This document shows, piece after piece, positions 15,501 through 25,964 of a stretch of DNA of 32,000 nucleotides. Origin of the DNA: Propionibacterium ruminifibrarum (GTDB lineage: Bacteria; Actinomycetota; Actinomycetes; Propionibacteriales; Propionibacteriaceae); the NCBI RefSeq assembly GCF_900289195.1, contig NZ_OMOH01000005.1:210001-242000 (forward strand), written 5' to 3'. Position 1 is the first letter of the stretch. Every line of letters starts with the position of its first letter. The notes under the pieces were generated by a model that did no database searches, was not told the DNA's origin, and worked only from the letters and a program-made list of their open reading frames with translations. The position numbers and the translations under genes are program-made.

Positions 15501-16025
15501 TCACCGGGCGGTTGGCGGGTCGTCGAGAAGCCTCACGAGCATGGCGACATCGAGCCAGCGCCCGAACTTGCGACCCACCTGGGGCAGCACCCCGTGGTTC
15601 GTGAAACCGAGCCGCTCGTGGAAGGCCAGGGAGGCCCTGTTGCCGGCGTCGACCACCCCCACCATCGCATGCAGGCCCGCCCGACGCGCCTGGTCGATCA
15701 GCTCGGTCATGAGCATCAGGCCGATGCCCTCGTGCTCGTGCCCGGGTGCGACGTAGACGCTGTGCTCCACCGTCAGGTCGTAGCCGGGCAGCTCCCGGAA
15801 TCGGTCATAGGCGGCGAAACCGACCACCTGATCGTCCTCGTCGATCGCGACGAGGACCGGGAAGCCCTCGCGCCGGTGCCGGGCCAGCCATTCCGCGCGT
15901 TGGGCGACCGTGCCGGGCCGCAGCTCGTAGCTGGCGGTGGTCGCCACGCCCTGGGCGTTGTGGATCGCGCTGAGTGCGGCGGCGTCGGAGCCCGCTGCGG
16001 GCCGGAGCCGGATCGTGCCGGGCAT
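15501..16025 (-). CDS. GNAT N-acetyltransferase, phosphinothricin/amino-acid acetyltransferase (PAT/MnaT) type (174 aa)
   Basis: This is only the C-terminal 174 codons of the 877-aa ORF 15501..18134, starting at ATG 16023-16025 (MPGTIRLRPAAGSDAAAL..I.N). VYVAP...G.GIG..L...LI..AR..G.H.M...V...N..S...HE.LGF is typical PAT. The rest of that ORF is antisense to tkt. Confidence 0.85.
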   Translation of the reverse strand: MPGTIRLRPAAGSDAAALSAIHNAQGVATTASYELRPGTVAQRAEWLARHRREGFPVLVAIDEDDQVVGFAAYDRFRELPGYDLTVEHSVYVAPGHEHEGIGLMLMTELIDQARRAGLHAMVGVVDAGNRASLAFHERLGFTNHGVLPQVGRKFGRWLDVAMLVRLLDDPPTAR

Positions 16026-16055
16026 GCCGGTCACGGTAACACCTGCCGCGGAATG

Positions 16056-16077
16056 GATGCGGATCAGATGCGGATCA
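16056..16077. repeat. Tandem 11-bp direct repeat (GATGCGGATCA x2) in the GNAT/tkt divergent promoter region
   Basis: 16056-16066 and 16067-16077 are identical. They are flanked by GGAATGGA at 16050-16057 and 16083-16090. A second 11-nt-phased pair, ATTCGACA, lies at 16112-16119 and 16123-16130. Confidence 0.6.
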
Positions 16078-16160
16078 GACACGGAATGGACGAATAGACT
16101 GAGCAGTGACCATTCGACACCTATTCGACATCGTCGACGAATCAACGAAGGGCGCCATCT

Positions 16161-18224
16161 GTGACTGCACTCACTTGGACTGACCAGGACCGCAAGGCGG
16201 TCGACATCGCTCGCATCCTGGCGGCTGATGCCGTCCAGAGCACGGGAAACGGGCACCCCGGCACGCCGGTGTCGCTGGCCCCGGTCGCCTACCTGCTCTA
16301 CCAGAAGGTCATGAACACCGATCCGGGGGACGACAAGTGGATCGGCCGCGACCGCTTCATCCTGTCCGCGGGGCACGCCTCGATGCTCCAGTACGCGCAG
16401 TTCTACCTCAACGGCCTGGGCCTGGAACTCGACGACATGAAGCAGCTGCGCAAGCAGAACTCGCTGACCCCGGGCCACCCCGAGTACGGCCACACGAAGT
16501 TCATCGAGTGCACCACCGGCCCGCTGGGCGCCGGCATCTCGATGGCCGTCGGCATGGCGATGGCCGCCCGGTACGAGCGCGGCCTGTACGATCCCGAGGC
16601 GGCGGCCGGCGAGTCGGTCTTCGACCACTTCGTCTACACCATCGCCGGCGACGGCTGCATGCAGGAGGGCGTCCAGTCCGAGGCGGCCTCGCTCGCCGGC
16701 GCCCAGGACCTCGGCAACCTCATCGTCATCTACGACGCGAACCGCATCACCATCGAGGGCGACCCGGTGATCGCCTTCGACGAGGACGTGCTGGCCCGCT
16801 ACGCCTCCTACGGCTGGGACGTCGCCGAGGTCGACTGGACCAACGGCGGCGACCACTACGAGGAGAACATCCAGGCGCTCCACGAGGCCATCGAGGCCGC
16901 CAAGAAGGTCACCGACAAGCCCTCCATCATCAAGCTCGACACCATCATCGGCTGGCCCCTGCCCACCAAGCAGGGCACCGAGGGCATCCATGGCGCGGCC
17001 ATCGGCGAGGACGAGATCAACGCTATGAAGACGCTCCTCGGCCTGCCCACCGAGCCCTTCACCTTCGACGAGACCATCGTCGAGCGCGCCCGCGCCGCCA
17101 TGGCCGAGCGCGCAGCGGCCACCCGGTCGGCCTGGGACGAGCGCTTCGAGGCGTGGCGTGCCGCCAACCCGGAACGCGCCGCCCTGCTCGACCGGGTCCG
17201 CTCCGGAGCGCTGCCCGCCGACCTCGAACTGCCCGTCTTCGCCGAGGGCAAGCTCAGCACCCGCAAGGCCTCCGGCAAGGTGCTGTCCGCGCTCGGCCCG
17301 CAGCTGCCCGAGCTGTGGGGCGGCTCGGCCGACCTCGCCGGGTCGAACAACACCACCATGGACGGCCAGGAGTCCTTCCTGCCCACCAGCCGCGCCACCT
17401 CCGCATGGCCGGGCAACCCCTACGGCCGCGTGCTGCACTTCGGTGTCCGCGAGCACGCCATGGGTGGTGTCCTCAACGGCATCAACGCGGGCGGTCTGTC
17501 CCGCGCCTACGGCGGCACGTTCTTCGTGTTCGCCGACTACATGCGTCCGGCGGTCCGGTTGGCCGCCCTCATGGGCGTGCCGTCGGTCTTCGTCTGGTCG
17601 CACGACTCGATCGGCGTCGGCGAGGACGGCCCCACCCACCAGCCGGTCGAGCACCTGGCCGCCTACCGCGCCATCCCGGGCCTGGACATCGTCCGCCCGG
17701 CCGACGCCAACGAGACCGCCGCGGCCTGGGCGCAGATCCTGGCGAACACCGACCGCCCGGCGGGCATCATCCTGAGCCGCCAGGACCTGCGCACGGTCGA
17801 CCGCGGCAGCGGCGAGTTCGCTCCGGCCGCCGAAGCCGCCAAGGGGGCCTACGTCCTGCGCGACGCCAGGAACGGCGCCCCCCAGCTCATCCTCATCGCC
17901 ACCGGCTCCGAGGTGCAGCTGGCCCTCGACGCCCAGGACCGGCTCGAGGACGAGGGCGTCGCCACCCGCGTCGTCTCCATGCCCTGCCAGGAGTGGTTCG
18001 ACGCCCAGCCCGAGGAGTACCAGAACCAGGTGCTGCCCGCGGACGTCACCGCCCGCGTCTCGATCGAGGCCGGCCTGTCGCTTGGCTGGAGCCGCTACGT
18101 CGGCGCCAAGGGCGCCTGCGTGAGCATCGAGCACTTCGGTGCCTCCGCAAGCGGCAACCTGCTGATGGCCGAGTACGGGTTCACCCCGGAGAACGTCGTC
18201 AAGGTCGCCAAGGGCGTCCTCTGA
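16161..18224 (+). CDS. tkt: Transketolase (687 aa)
   Basis: GTG start. N-terminal GNGHPG, TPP motif GDGC.QEG...EA..LA, and THDSIGVGEDGPTHQPVEHL. Full-length collinearity with Tkt. Confidence 0.97.
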   Translation: MTALTWTDQDRKAVDIARILAADAVQSTGNGHPGTPVSLAPVAYLLYQKVMNTDPGDDKWIGRDRFILSAGHASMLQYAQFYLNGLGLELDDMKQLRKQNSLTPGHPEYGHTKFIECTTGPLGAGISMAVGMAMAARYERGLYDPEAAAGESVFDHFVYTIAGDGCMQEGVQSEAASLAGAQDLGNLIVIYDANRITIEGDPVIAFDEDVLARYASYGWDVAEVDWTNGGDHYEENIQALHEAIEAAKKVTDKPSIIKLDTIIGWPLPTKQGTEGIHGAAIGEDEINAMKTLLGLPTEPFTFDETIVERARAAMAERAAATRSAWDERFEAWRAANPERAALLDRVRSGALPADLELPVFAEGKLSTRKASGKVLSALGPQLPELWGGSADLAGSNNTTMDGQESFLPTSRATSAWPGNPYGRVLHFGVREHAMGGVLNGINAGGLSRAYGGTFFVFADYMRPAVRLAALMGVPSVFVWSHDSIGVGEDGPTHQPVEHLAAYRAIPGLDIVRPADANETAAAWAQILANTDRPAGIILSRQDLRTVDRGSGEFAPAAEAAKGAYVLRDARNGAPQLILIATGSEVQLALDAQDRLEDEGVATRVVSMPCQEWFDAQPEEYQNQVLPADVTARVSIEAGLSLGWSRYVGAKGACVSIEHFGASASGNLLMAEYGFTPENVVKVAKGVL

Positions 18225-18306
18225 CCCGCAGGTCGCCAGGGGCCGTCCGCCTGACCGGGCGGTCTCACGACACCGGGCGCCCGGCGGGCGCCGACCGATG
18301 ATGCTT

Positions 18307-18338
18307 GACGGGGTCGGGGAGGTATCCCCGGCCCCGTC
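18307..18338 (+). terminator. Hairpin downstream of tkt (putative terminator)
   Basis: GACGGGGTCGGGGA (18307-18320), loop GGTA, TCCCCGGCCCCGTC (18325-18338): a 14-bp stem with one G-U. It lies 83 nt after the tkt stop and 57 nt before the MFS start. No U-tract. Confidence 0.45.
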
Positions 18339-18394
18339 CGCATGCCCGGGAGCAGTCGACGTGAGGGCCTGCCTCGGCGACCTAAGCTGGGATC

Positions 18395-19681
18395 GTGGGG
18401 GTGGCCGGCGGACTCAGACGGTTCGGGGCCCGTACCTTCGCCTCGTTCGCCGTCGTGAACTATCGCAGATACTTCGCCGGTGCTCTCGTCTCGAACATCG
18501 GCACCTGGATGCAGCGCACGTGCCAGGACTGGCTCGTGCTCGTCGACCTGACCGATCACTCCTCCACGGCGCTCGGGCAGGTCACCGCACTGCAGTTCGT
18601 GGCCATGCCCTTCCTCGCGCCATGGGCGGGGGCCGTCGTCGACCGGTTCAGCAAGAGATCGGTGCTGCGCGTCACGCAGGGGTTGCTCGGTCTCAATGCG
18701 CTGTGGCTGTGGGCGCTCGTGGCCACCCACGCGGTGGCGCTGTGGCAGGTCTACCTGTTCGCCCTGACCCAGGGCGTCATCATCAGCTTCGACACCCCGG
18801 CACGGCAGGCCTTCGTCTCGGAGATGGTCCACGACGACCTGATCGCCAACGCGGTCGGCATGAACTCGATGAGCTTCAACGCGGCCCGCATCATCGGGCC
18901 TGGCCTGGCAGGCCTGCTCATCGCCGCCTTCGGCGTCGGTCCGGGCATGCTCGTCAACGCCTTGAGTTTCGCCGCCATGCTCGCAGCCCTGTCGGCGATG
19001 GACACCACCCAGCTGCACCCGCCCAGGCCGCGCAGGGGCCGGGGCGCCACCCGCGAGGGCCTGTCCTACGTGTGGCACCACCGGGAGATCGGCATCATCT
19101 TCATCATCGTGTTCATGGTGGGCACCTTCGGCATGAACTTCCAGATCACCAATGCGACGATGGCCACCAAGGTCTTCGGGCGCGGCGCCGCCCAGTACGG
19201 GGCGCTCGGCACGATCATGGCCATCGGCACCCTCGGGGCCGCGATCATCGCGGCCAGGCGCCGCCATCCCCGGGTGCGCACCCTGATGATCGGGCTGGCC
19301 GGGTTCACCGTCTTCGACACCGTCCTGGCGCTGGCCCCGAACTACTACGTCTACGCGTTCTTCCTCATCCCCACCGGCCTGTGCGCACTGACCGTGCTGA
19401 CCTGCGCGAACTCGGCGGTTCAGCTCGCCTCGGCGCCACAGCTGCGGGGCCGCGTGCTCGCGCTGTATTCGGCCCTGGTGATGGGCGGGACGCTGATCGG
19501 CGCACCGATCGTCGGCCGGGTCGGCGACGTGCTGGGTCCGCGCTACTCGCTGCTCGTCGGTTCGGTCGCGACGGGCCTGACCGTTGCCGGCGTCCTCATC
19601 CACCAGGCGACCCGTGAAGGGCTCCGGTTCGACCCGCACGAGGCCCCCGTGCCGCCCGAGGAGGTGGAGCACCCGGAGTGA
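18395..19681 (+). CDS. MFS transporter (MFS_3 / EntS-like family), 428 aa
   Basis: GTG start. N-terminus F....NYRRYF.G..VSN.G.WMQ......LV, 12 predicted hydrophobic segments, and DR..KR in loop 2-3. Confidence 0.85.
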   Translation: MGVAGGLRRFGARTFASFAVVNYRRYFAGALVSNIGTWMQRTCQDWLVLVDLTDHSSTALGQVTALQFVAMPFLAPWAGAVVDRFSKRSVLRVTQGLLGLNALWLWALVATHAVALWQVYLFALTQGVIISFDTPARQAFVSEMVHDDLIANAVGMNSMSFNAARIIGPGLAGLLIAAFGVGPGMLVNALSFAAMLAALSAMDTTQLHPPRPRRGRGATREGLSYVWHHREIGIIFIIVFMVGTFGMNFQITNATMATKVFGRGAAQYGALGTIMAIGTLGAAIIAARRRHPRVRTLMIGLAGFTVFDTVLALAPNYYVYAFFLIPTGLCALTVLTCANSAVQLASAPQLRGRVLALYSALVMGGTLIGAPIVGRVGDVLGPRYSLLVGSVATGLTVAGVLIHQATREGLRFDPHEAPVPPEEVEHPE

Positions 19682-19698
19682 GAAGATCCGGGAACATG

Positions 19699-19734
19699 GC
19701 GATGGTGCCCGCCGGGATCGGCGGGCACCATCGC
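19699..19734. terminator. Perfect 15-bp hairpin between the convergent MFS and racemase genes (bidirectional terminator)
   Basis: GCGATGGTGCCCGCC (19699-19713), loop GGGATC, GGCGGGCACCATCGC (19720-19734). All 15 pairs are Watson-Crick. Confidence 0.65.
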
Positions 19735-19776
19735 GTGGGTGGCTTCATACCGGGGGTCACACCGGTCCGGTCGGGC

Positions 19777-20520
19777 TCAGGGGTCGGCCGGCCAGCGCCC
19801 CACGGTGCCGGCCGCCGTTTCGAGGGTGGCCTGCGCCAGCGCGGTCAGCGAGGAGATCTGGATGCCGGGCTCCAGGCCCGAGGCGTCGAAGGCCAGCGGC
19901 AGTTCGGTGCACGCCGTCATGAGCGGCAGCTCGTGGCTGCCGCGCAGGCGGCTGGCGAGCCGCCGGTACGCCTCGCCCGCCTCGCGCAGCCGGCCCGCCT
20001 TCACCTGCCCGATGATCCGCATCATCGCGTCCTTCTCCTCCTGCGACGGCACCTCGAGCCGGTAGCCGCGTTCGGCGGCCGCCCGCTGGTAGAGGCCGGT
20101 GTCCACCGTCCCGGCGGTCGCCGTGAGCCAGGCCCCCTCGGGGCTGACCCGCTGAGCGGCCGTCAGGGTCGCATCGACGATGTGGACGAGCGGGACCGGC
20201 AACTCGTCGGCGAAGGCGTTGATGAAGTGGTGGGCCGTGTTGCACGGCACCGCCAGCACCGACGCCCCCAGTTCGGCGGCCCGCAGCAGGTCGGCTCGCA
20301 GCATCGACATCGGCGTGTCATCGCCCGTCGCGATACTGGCCGTACGGTCCGGCACCTTCGTGTCCGACAGGACGATCACCCTCGGGTGGTCCTGGTCGTG
20401 CTCGGCCGGCAGCGCCGCGGCCAGTTCGACGAGGAACTGGCCGGTGGCGGCCGGCCCCATGCCCCCGACGACGCCGATCACGGCGTCGTCGAAGGCATGC
20501 GGGGCGAAGCTCCTGCTCAT
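19777..20520 (-). CDS. Aspartate racemase (Asp/Glu racemase family), 247 aa
   Basis: IGVVGGMGPAAT, first catalytic Cys block VPCNTAHHF, second Cys block TACTELPL. It starts 15 nt after the dcuA stop. Confidence 0.85.
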   Translation of the reverse strand: MSRSFAPHAFDDAVIGVVGGMGPAATGQFLVELAAALPAEHDQDHPRVIVLSDTKVPDRTASIATGDDTPMSMLRADLLRAAELGASVLAVPCNTAHHFINAFADELPVPLVHIVDATLTAAQRVSPEGAWLTATAGTVDTGLYQRAAAERGYRLEVPSQEEKDAMMRIIGQVKAGRLREAGEAYRRLASRLRGSHELPLMTACTELPLAFDASGLEPGIQISSLTALAQATLETAAGTVGRWPADP

Positions 20521-20535
20521 CGCGTCACACTGGGC

Positions 20536-21831
20536 TCAGGAGAAGACGAGCGGGCAGATGAGGAAGCCCAGGGCGACGGCGACGGCCACCGCGGTGACGC
20601 CCGGCAGGATGAACGGGTGGTTGAACACGTACTTGCCGATACGTGTCGAGCCCGTGTCGTCCATCTCGATGGCGGCGACGGTGGTCGGGTAGGTGGGCAG
20701 CAGGTACAGGCCGGTGACGGCCGGGAACGAGGCCACCATGACGGCCCCGCTGACGCCCATCGCCGCGGCGACGGGCATGAAGGCCGCGGTCGTCGCGCCC
20801 TGCGAGTAGAGCAGGGCGGAGGCGAAGAACAACACCACTGCCAGCAGCCACGGGTTCCCCTGGATGACCGACTCGCCCGCACCCTTGATGAGATCCATGT
20901 TGGACTGCACGAAGGTGTTGCCGAGCCAGGCGACGCCGAGGATACACAGGGCCGCGCTCATGCCGCCTTTGAAGGTGGCCTGGTCCGTGACCTTGCCGAG
21001 TTCCATCTTGCAGGTGAGTTTCATGATGAGCGCCGCGGCCATCATGAAGGTCATGATCGCCGAGTTGCGGTCCAGCGGCAGCTCGAAGGCCGACGTCATG
21101 GCGGCATAGACCATGACGATGAGCAGGGTGACGCCGAAGATGACCAGCGAGCGGCGGGCGTACGGCTTGATGTCGTAGCTGCCCTCACCGCGCATCTTCA
21201 CCAGTCCGGCCGCCATGCGCTCCTGGTAGACCGGATCGTCCTCGAGTTCGCTGCCCAGGCGGGAGGCGACCAGCGCGCCGACCATGCAGCCGGTGAAGCA
21301 GATGACGATCGCGATGCCGACCAACGGCAGGTAGTCGACGCCGAACGGCTCGACCACGCCGGCCATGGCGACCATGGCGGCCGAGATCGGGGAGGCGGCG
21401 ATGGCGACCTGCGAGGCCACGACGGCGATCGACAGGGGCCGGGACGGGCGGATCTTCTGCTCCTTGGCCACCTCGGCGATGACCGGCAGCGTGGCGAAGG
21501 CGACGTGCCCGGTGCCGCAGAAGACGGTCATGAAGAAGGTGACGACCGGGGCGAGGAAGGTGATGCGCTTGGGATTGCGGCGCAGCATCCGCTCACTGAT
21601 CTTGACCAGCAGGTCAAGGCCGCCGCAGGTCTGCAGACCAGCGATGCAGGAGATGACGGCGAGGATGATGCCGAGGACATCCCAGGGGATGCCGGTCGTG
21701 GGATCCACCTCGCAGCCGAGCAGTCCGAGGACGACGACACCGGCGGCGCCGGCGTAGGCGATACCGATACCGCCGAGCCGGGCGCCGATGAAGATGAAGA
21801 TCAGAACCACGGCCAACTGGGCCCAGAACAT
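20536..21831 (-). CDS. dcuA: Anaerobic C4-dicarboxylate / aspartate transporter, DcuA/DcuB family (431 aa)
   Basis: MFWAQLAVVLIFIFIGARLGGIGIAYAGAAGVVVL is a typical Dcu N-terminus. The protein is hydrophobic along its whole length. It lies 46 nt downstream of aspA, as in the classical aspA-dcuA pair. Confidence 0.9.
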   Translation of the reverse strand: MFWAQLAVVLIFIFIGARLGGIGIAYAGAAGVVVLGLLGCEVDPTTGIPWDVLGIILAVISCIAGLQTCGGLDLLVKISERMLRRNPKRITFLAPVVTFFMTVFCGTGHVAFATLPVIAEVAKEQKIRPSRPLSIAVVASQVAIAASPISAAMVAMAGVVEPFGVDYLPLVGIAIVICFTGCMVGALVASRLGSELEDDPVYQERMAAGLVKMRGEGSYDIKPYARRSLVIFGVTLLIVMVYAAMTSAFELPLDRNSAIMTFMMAAALIMKLTCKMELGKVTDQATFKGGMSAALCILGVAWLGNTFVQSNMDLIKGAGESVIQGNPWLLAVVLFFASALLYSQGATTAAFMPVAAAMGVSGAVMVASFPAVTGLYLLPTYPTTVAAIEMDDTGSTRIGKYVFNHPFILPGVTAVAVAVALGFLICPLVFS

Positions 21832-21877
21832 GATGTGCTCCTTGTGTTGAGTGACGAATCAGCGGTGGGGGCGTGAC

Positions 21878-23338
21878 CTACTTGGCCGGAGGGGTCAGCC
21901 CGTCGGGCAGGCCCTTCTCGTCGGGTCCGTAGATCTTGCCGGAGTAGGTGGGCTTGAGGAAGTTCTCCGTGGAGAGGATCGCGTCGATCTCGGCCTCGCT
22001 GAGCAGTCCCATCTCCAGGGTGACCTCGCGGACGGACTTGCCCGTGCGAGCGCACTCCTTGCCGATGAGGTCGCCGTTGTGGTGGCCGATCACGTCGTTG
22101 AGGTAGGTGACGATGCCGATCGAGTTCATGACGAAGTCACGGCAGATCTCCTCGTTGGCCGTGATGCCGTCGACGCAGAGCGTACGCAGCGTGTCGAGGG
22201 CGTTCGTGAGCAGGTGCAGCGACTCGAACATCGCCTGCGCCGTCGCCGGCTCCATGACGTTCAGCTCGAGCTGGCCGGCCTCGGCGGCGAAGCCGACCGT
22301 GACGTCGTTGCCGAAGACCTTGAAGCAGACCTGGTTGACGACCTCCGGGATGACCGGGTTCACCTTGGCCGGCATGATCGAGCTGCCGGCCTGCATCTCG
22401 GGCAGGTTGATCTCCTTGAGGCCGGCGCGCGGGCCGCTGGAGAGCAGACGCAGGTCGTTGCAGATCTTGGAGACCTTGGCCGCGAGACGCTTCACCGCCG
22501 CGTGCAGGGCGATGTAGTCGCCGTTGTCGTAGCTGGACTCCACCAGGTCGGGGGCCGAGACGATGTCGTAACCGGTGACCTCGGCGAGCTTGCGGGCCGC
22601 GACCTGCGGGAAATTCGGCGGCGTGTTGAGGCCGGTGCCGATCGCCGTGCCGCCCAGGTTCATTCCGAGCATCAGTTTCGCGGCGGAGCGCAGCTGCTCG
22701 ATGTCCTCGGACACGTTGGTGGCGAAACCGTGGAACTCGTCGCCGAGCGTCATGGGCACGGCGTCCTGCAGCTGGGTGCGGCCCATCTTGAGGACCTGGC
22801 TGAACTCGTCGCCCTTCTTGTGCAGGCTCGCGACCAGCTCCTCGACCGCGCGCAGCAGGTCCTGCGCGACCGTGTAGAGGGCCAGGCGCAGGCCGGTGGG
22901 GTAGGCGTCATTCGTCGACTGGGACTTGTTGACGTGGTCGTTCGGGTTGATCACGTCGTAGCGGCCCTTGGGCAGGCCGATCAGTTCGAGCGCCAGGTTC
23001 GCGACGACCTCGTTCGTGTTCATGTTGACCGAGGTCCCGGCGCCGCCCTGGAAGGAGTCGGTGGGGAACTGGTCCATGCAGCGGCCGTTGACGAGGATCT
23101 CGTCGCATGCCGCGCAGATCGTGTCGGCGATGTCGGCCTGGATCGACTGCAGCTCCTTGTTCGCCAGCGCCGTGGCCTTCTTCACCTGGACCATGCCCCG
23201 GATGAACTCGGGTTCGTCGTTCATGCATCCGGCGGAGATGTTGAAGTTCTCCAGCGCTCGAACCGTGTGGATGCCGTAGTAGTTCTCGTCCGGTACCTCT
23301 CGCTGACCCAGTAGATCCTCTTCGATGCGGGTGGTCAT
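21878..23338 (-). CDS. aspA: Aspartate ammonia-lyase (486 aa)
   Basis: ATG at 23336-23338 inside ORF 21878..23560. TRIEEDLLG...VP...[31 protein letters not shown], and the SS-loop [15 protein letters not shown]. Confidence 0.93.
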   Translation of the reverse strand: MTTRIEEDLLGQREVPDENYYGIHTVRALENFNISAGCMNDEPEFIRGMVQVKKATALANKELQSIQADIADTICAACDEILVNGRCMDQFPTDSFQGGAGTSVNMNTNEVVANLALELIGLPKGRYDVINPNDHVNKSQSTNDAYPTGLRLALYTVAQDLLRAVEELVASLHKKGDEFSQVLKMGRTQLQDAVPMTLGDEFHGFATNVSEDIEQLRSAAKLMLGMNLGGTAIGTGLNTPPNFPQVAARKLAEVTGYDIVSAPDLVESSYDNGDYIALHAAVKRLAAKVSKICNDLRLLSSGPRAGLKEINLPEMQAGSSIMPAKVNPVIPEVVNQVCFKVFGNDVTVGFAAEAGQLELNVMEPATAQAMFESLHLLTNALDTLRTLCVDGITANEEICRDFVMNSIGIVTYLNDVIGHHNGDLIGKECARTGKSVREVTLEMGLLSEAEIDAILSTENFLKPTYSGKIYGPDEKGLPDGLTPPAK

Positions 23339-23532
23339 GATCGTCTCTCCTTGATGTGCAGGACACGGAACAACGCGGATGGCCGAAGACCCCGACATCA
23401 GCGTCGGGATACCAGTGGTCTGTCCGGTATGACCATATAAACCAAGTCGCGTTCCCATGTCAAATCGAGATGTTGATGAGACACGAAGCAGGCTTCTCAG
23501 TGCGGGTTCTTGTTTTATCAGAATCGACTCGG

Positions 23533-23560
23533 TCAAATTTTGATCGGTTGTTGTCAACAA
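23533..23560. promoter_or_regulatory. Two adjacent palindromes (candidate GntR/FadR-type operators) in the aspA / gntR divergent region
   Basis: TCAAA-T-TTTGA (23533-23543) and TTGTTG-T-CAACAA (23548-23560). The second contains the GT-N-AC core typical of GntR-family sites and lies 37 nt before the regulator ATG. The surrounding region is distinctly AT-richer. Confidence 0.4.
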
Positions 23561-23596
23561 TTCGATCGTCGGTGCTGGGGCTGGAAGAATGGGGGC

Positions 23597-24322
23597 ATGT
23601 CCGTTCTCAATGGCGCACCGCTCCGCAAATCAGAGATGCTCGTCCGTGTCTTCGTCGATCGCATCCGGTCGGGGGAGTGGAAGCCGGGTGTGCGGCTGCC
23701 CTCCGAACGGGAGCTGGCCCGCCAGTTCCAGGTGAGCCGGACGGCGGTGCGTGAGGCGCTCAAGGCGCTCCAGCTCGCCGGCGAGATCGAGACGCGCCTG
23801 GGGGAGGGCAGTTACGTGCTCGAGAACCAGCGCAGTGTCGCCGACGAGGACGCGCTGGTGGGGGCGGGGCAGAGCATCGTGAGCAGGCTGCAGGCCCGGC
23901 AGGCCCTCGAGATCGCCTCCGGCGTGCTGGCCATCAGGAACGCGAGCGAGTCCGACCGCATCAAGTTGAAGGCCGTGCGGGTCGAGCTCTCCGAGGCACT
24001 CGAGATCGAGGACTACCAGTGGTACCTGGTCGTCACCTTCGACCTGCACGAACTCATCGCCCGGATCTCGCACAACAGCTATCTCGAGGAGGCCACGCGC
24101 GAGGTCGTCGAGCCCATGCGCAACGACGAGTGGGCGCTGACCGCGAGCTATGACGCCGAGATGGCCCGCTACTCCATCGGGGTGCATCACGCGATGATCG
24201 ACGCCCTCCTGGCCAACGACGTCGACGCCTTCGTGGAGAGCGTGTCGAGGCACTACGAGGACTACCCGGCGCTGCGCCACCCGGAGCTGAAACGGCTCCG
24301 CGCGCTGTCCGAGGCGGGCTGA
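23597..24322 (+). CDS. GntR family transcriptional regulator, FadR subfamily with an FCD-type C-terminal domain (241 aa)
   Basis: ATG at 23597 inside ORF 23510..24322. The wHTH is [41 protein letters not shown]. The C-terminal domain is all-helical with His residues (HELI, HHAMI). Confidence 0.9.
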   Translation: MSVLNGAPLRKSEMLVRVFVDRIRSGEWKPGVRLPSERELARQFQVSRTAVREALKALQLAGEIETRLGEGSYVLENQRSVADEDALVGAGQSIVSRLQARQALEIASGVLAIRNASESDRIKLKAVRVELSEALEIEDYQWYLVVTFDLHELIARISHNSYLEEATREVVEPMRNDEWALTASYDAEMARYSIGVHHAMIDALLANDVDAFVESVSRHYEDYPALRHPELKRLRALSEAG

Positions 24323-24348
24323 CCGACCCTCGGCGACGATCTGTTCAA

Positions 24349-24396
24349 CGAGGGGTGGGGCTCGGGGAACCATGGTTCCCCGAGCCCCACCCCTCG
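24349..24396. terminator. Perfect 48-nt palindrome (24-bp arms) between convergent gntR and fumC: bidirectional terminator
   Basis: CGAGGGGTGGGGCTCGGGGAACCATGGTTCCCCGAGCCCCACCCCTCG equals its own reverse complement. It lies 26 nt after the gntR stop and 13 nt before the fumC stop codon. It makes two spurious opposite-strand ORFs both begin MVPRAPPL. Confidence 0.75.
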
Positions 24397-24409
24397 GAAC
24401 TGGTGCCGG

Positions 24410-25834
<1,425 letters not shown>

Positions 25835-25964
25835 GGGCCCAGCCTAGCGGTGCGGGGCGGCGCCGTCGGCGGCCCCACCGGATTCCCGGGGCCGATGGGG
25901 AGGACGTCATCCCCGGAGACGTTCTCACCTGTCCCGGCGCGGGCGAGCGGGCCGGATCACCGCG

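Noticed and set aside
16026-18134. Upstream 700 aa of the 877-aa minus-strand ORF 15501..18134
   Set aside because: It is antisense to the unambiguous transketolase gene. Only the last 174 codons (from ATG 16025) match a GNAT/PAT acetyltransferase; the rest is low-complexity Gly/Asp/Ala/Arg text.
18095-23314. Very long shadow ORFs (18095..19672 -, 19678..21876 +, 21851..23314 +, 18298..19617 +) opposite the MFS, racemase, dcuA and aspA genes
   Set aside because: Each lies antisense to or out of frame with a gene that has strong family signatures. Their composition (Asp/Gly/Arg/His runs) is characteristic of antisense frames of GC-rich genes.
23339-23560. N-terminal extension of the aspA ORF back to 23560, and similar extensions for cysK (to 12288), yceI (to 4200), the 2-hydroxyacid dehydrogenase (to 27149), dapD (to 30544) and TSUP2 (to 8967)
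   Set aside because: The extensions run through AT-richer intergenic DNA or have low GC3. They add residues not found at the N-termini of these families. Internal ATG/GTG codons with Shine-Dalgarno-like sequences give canonical N-termini.
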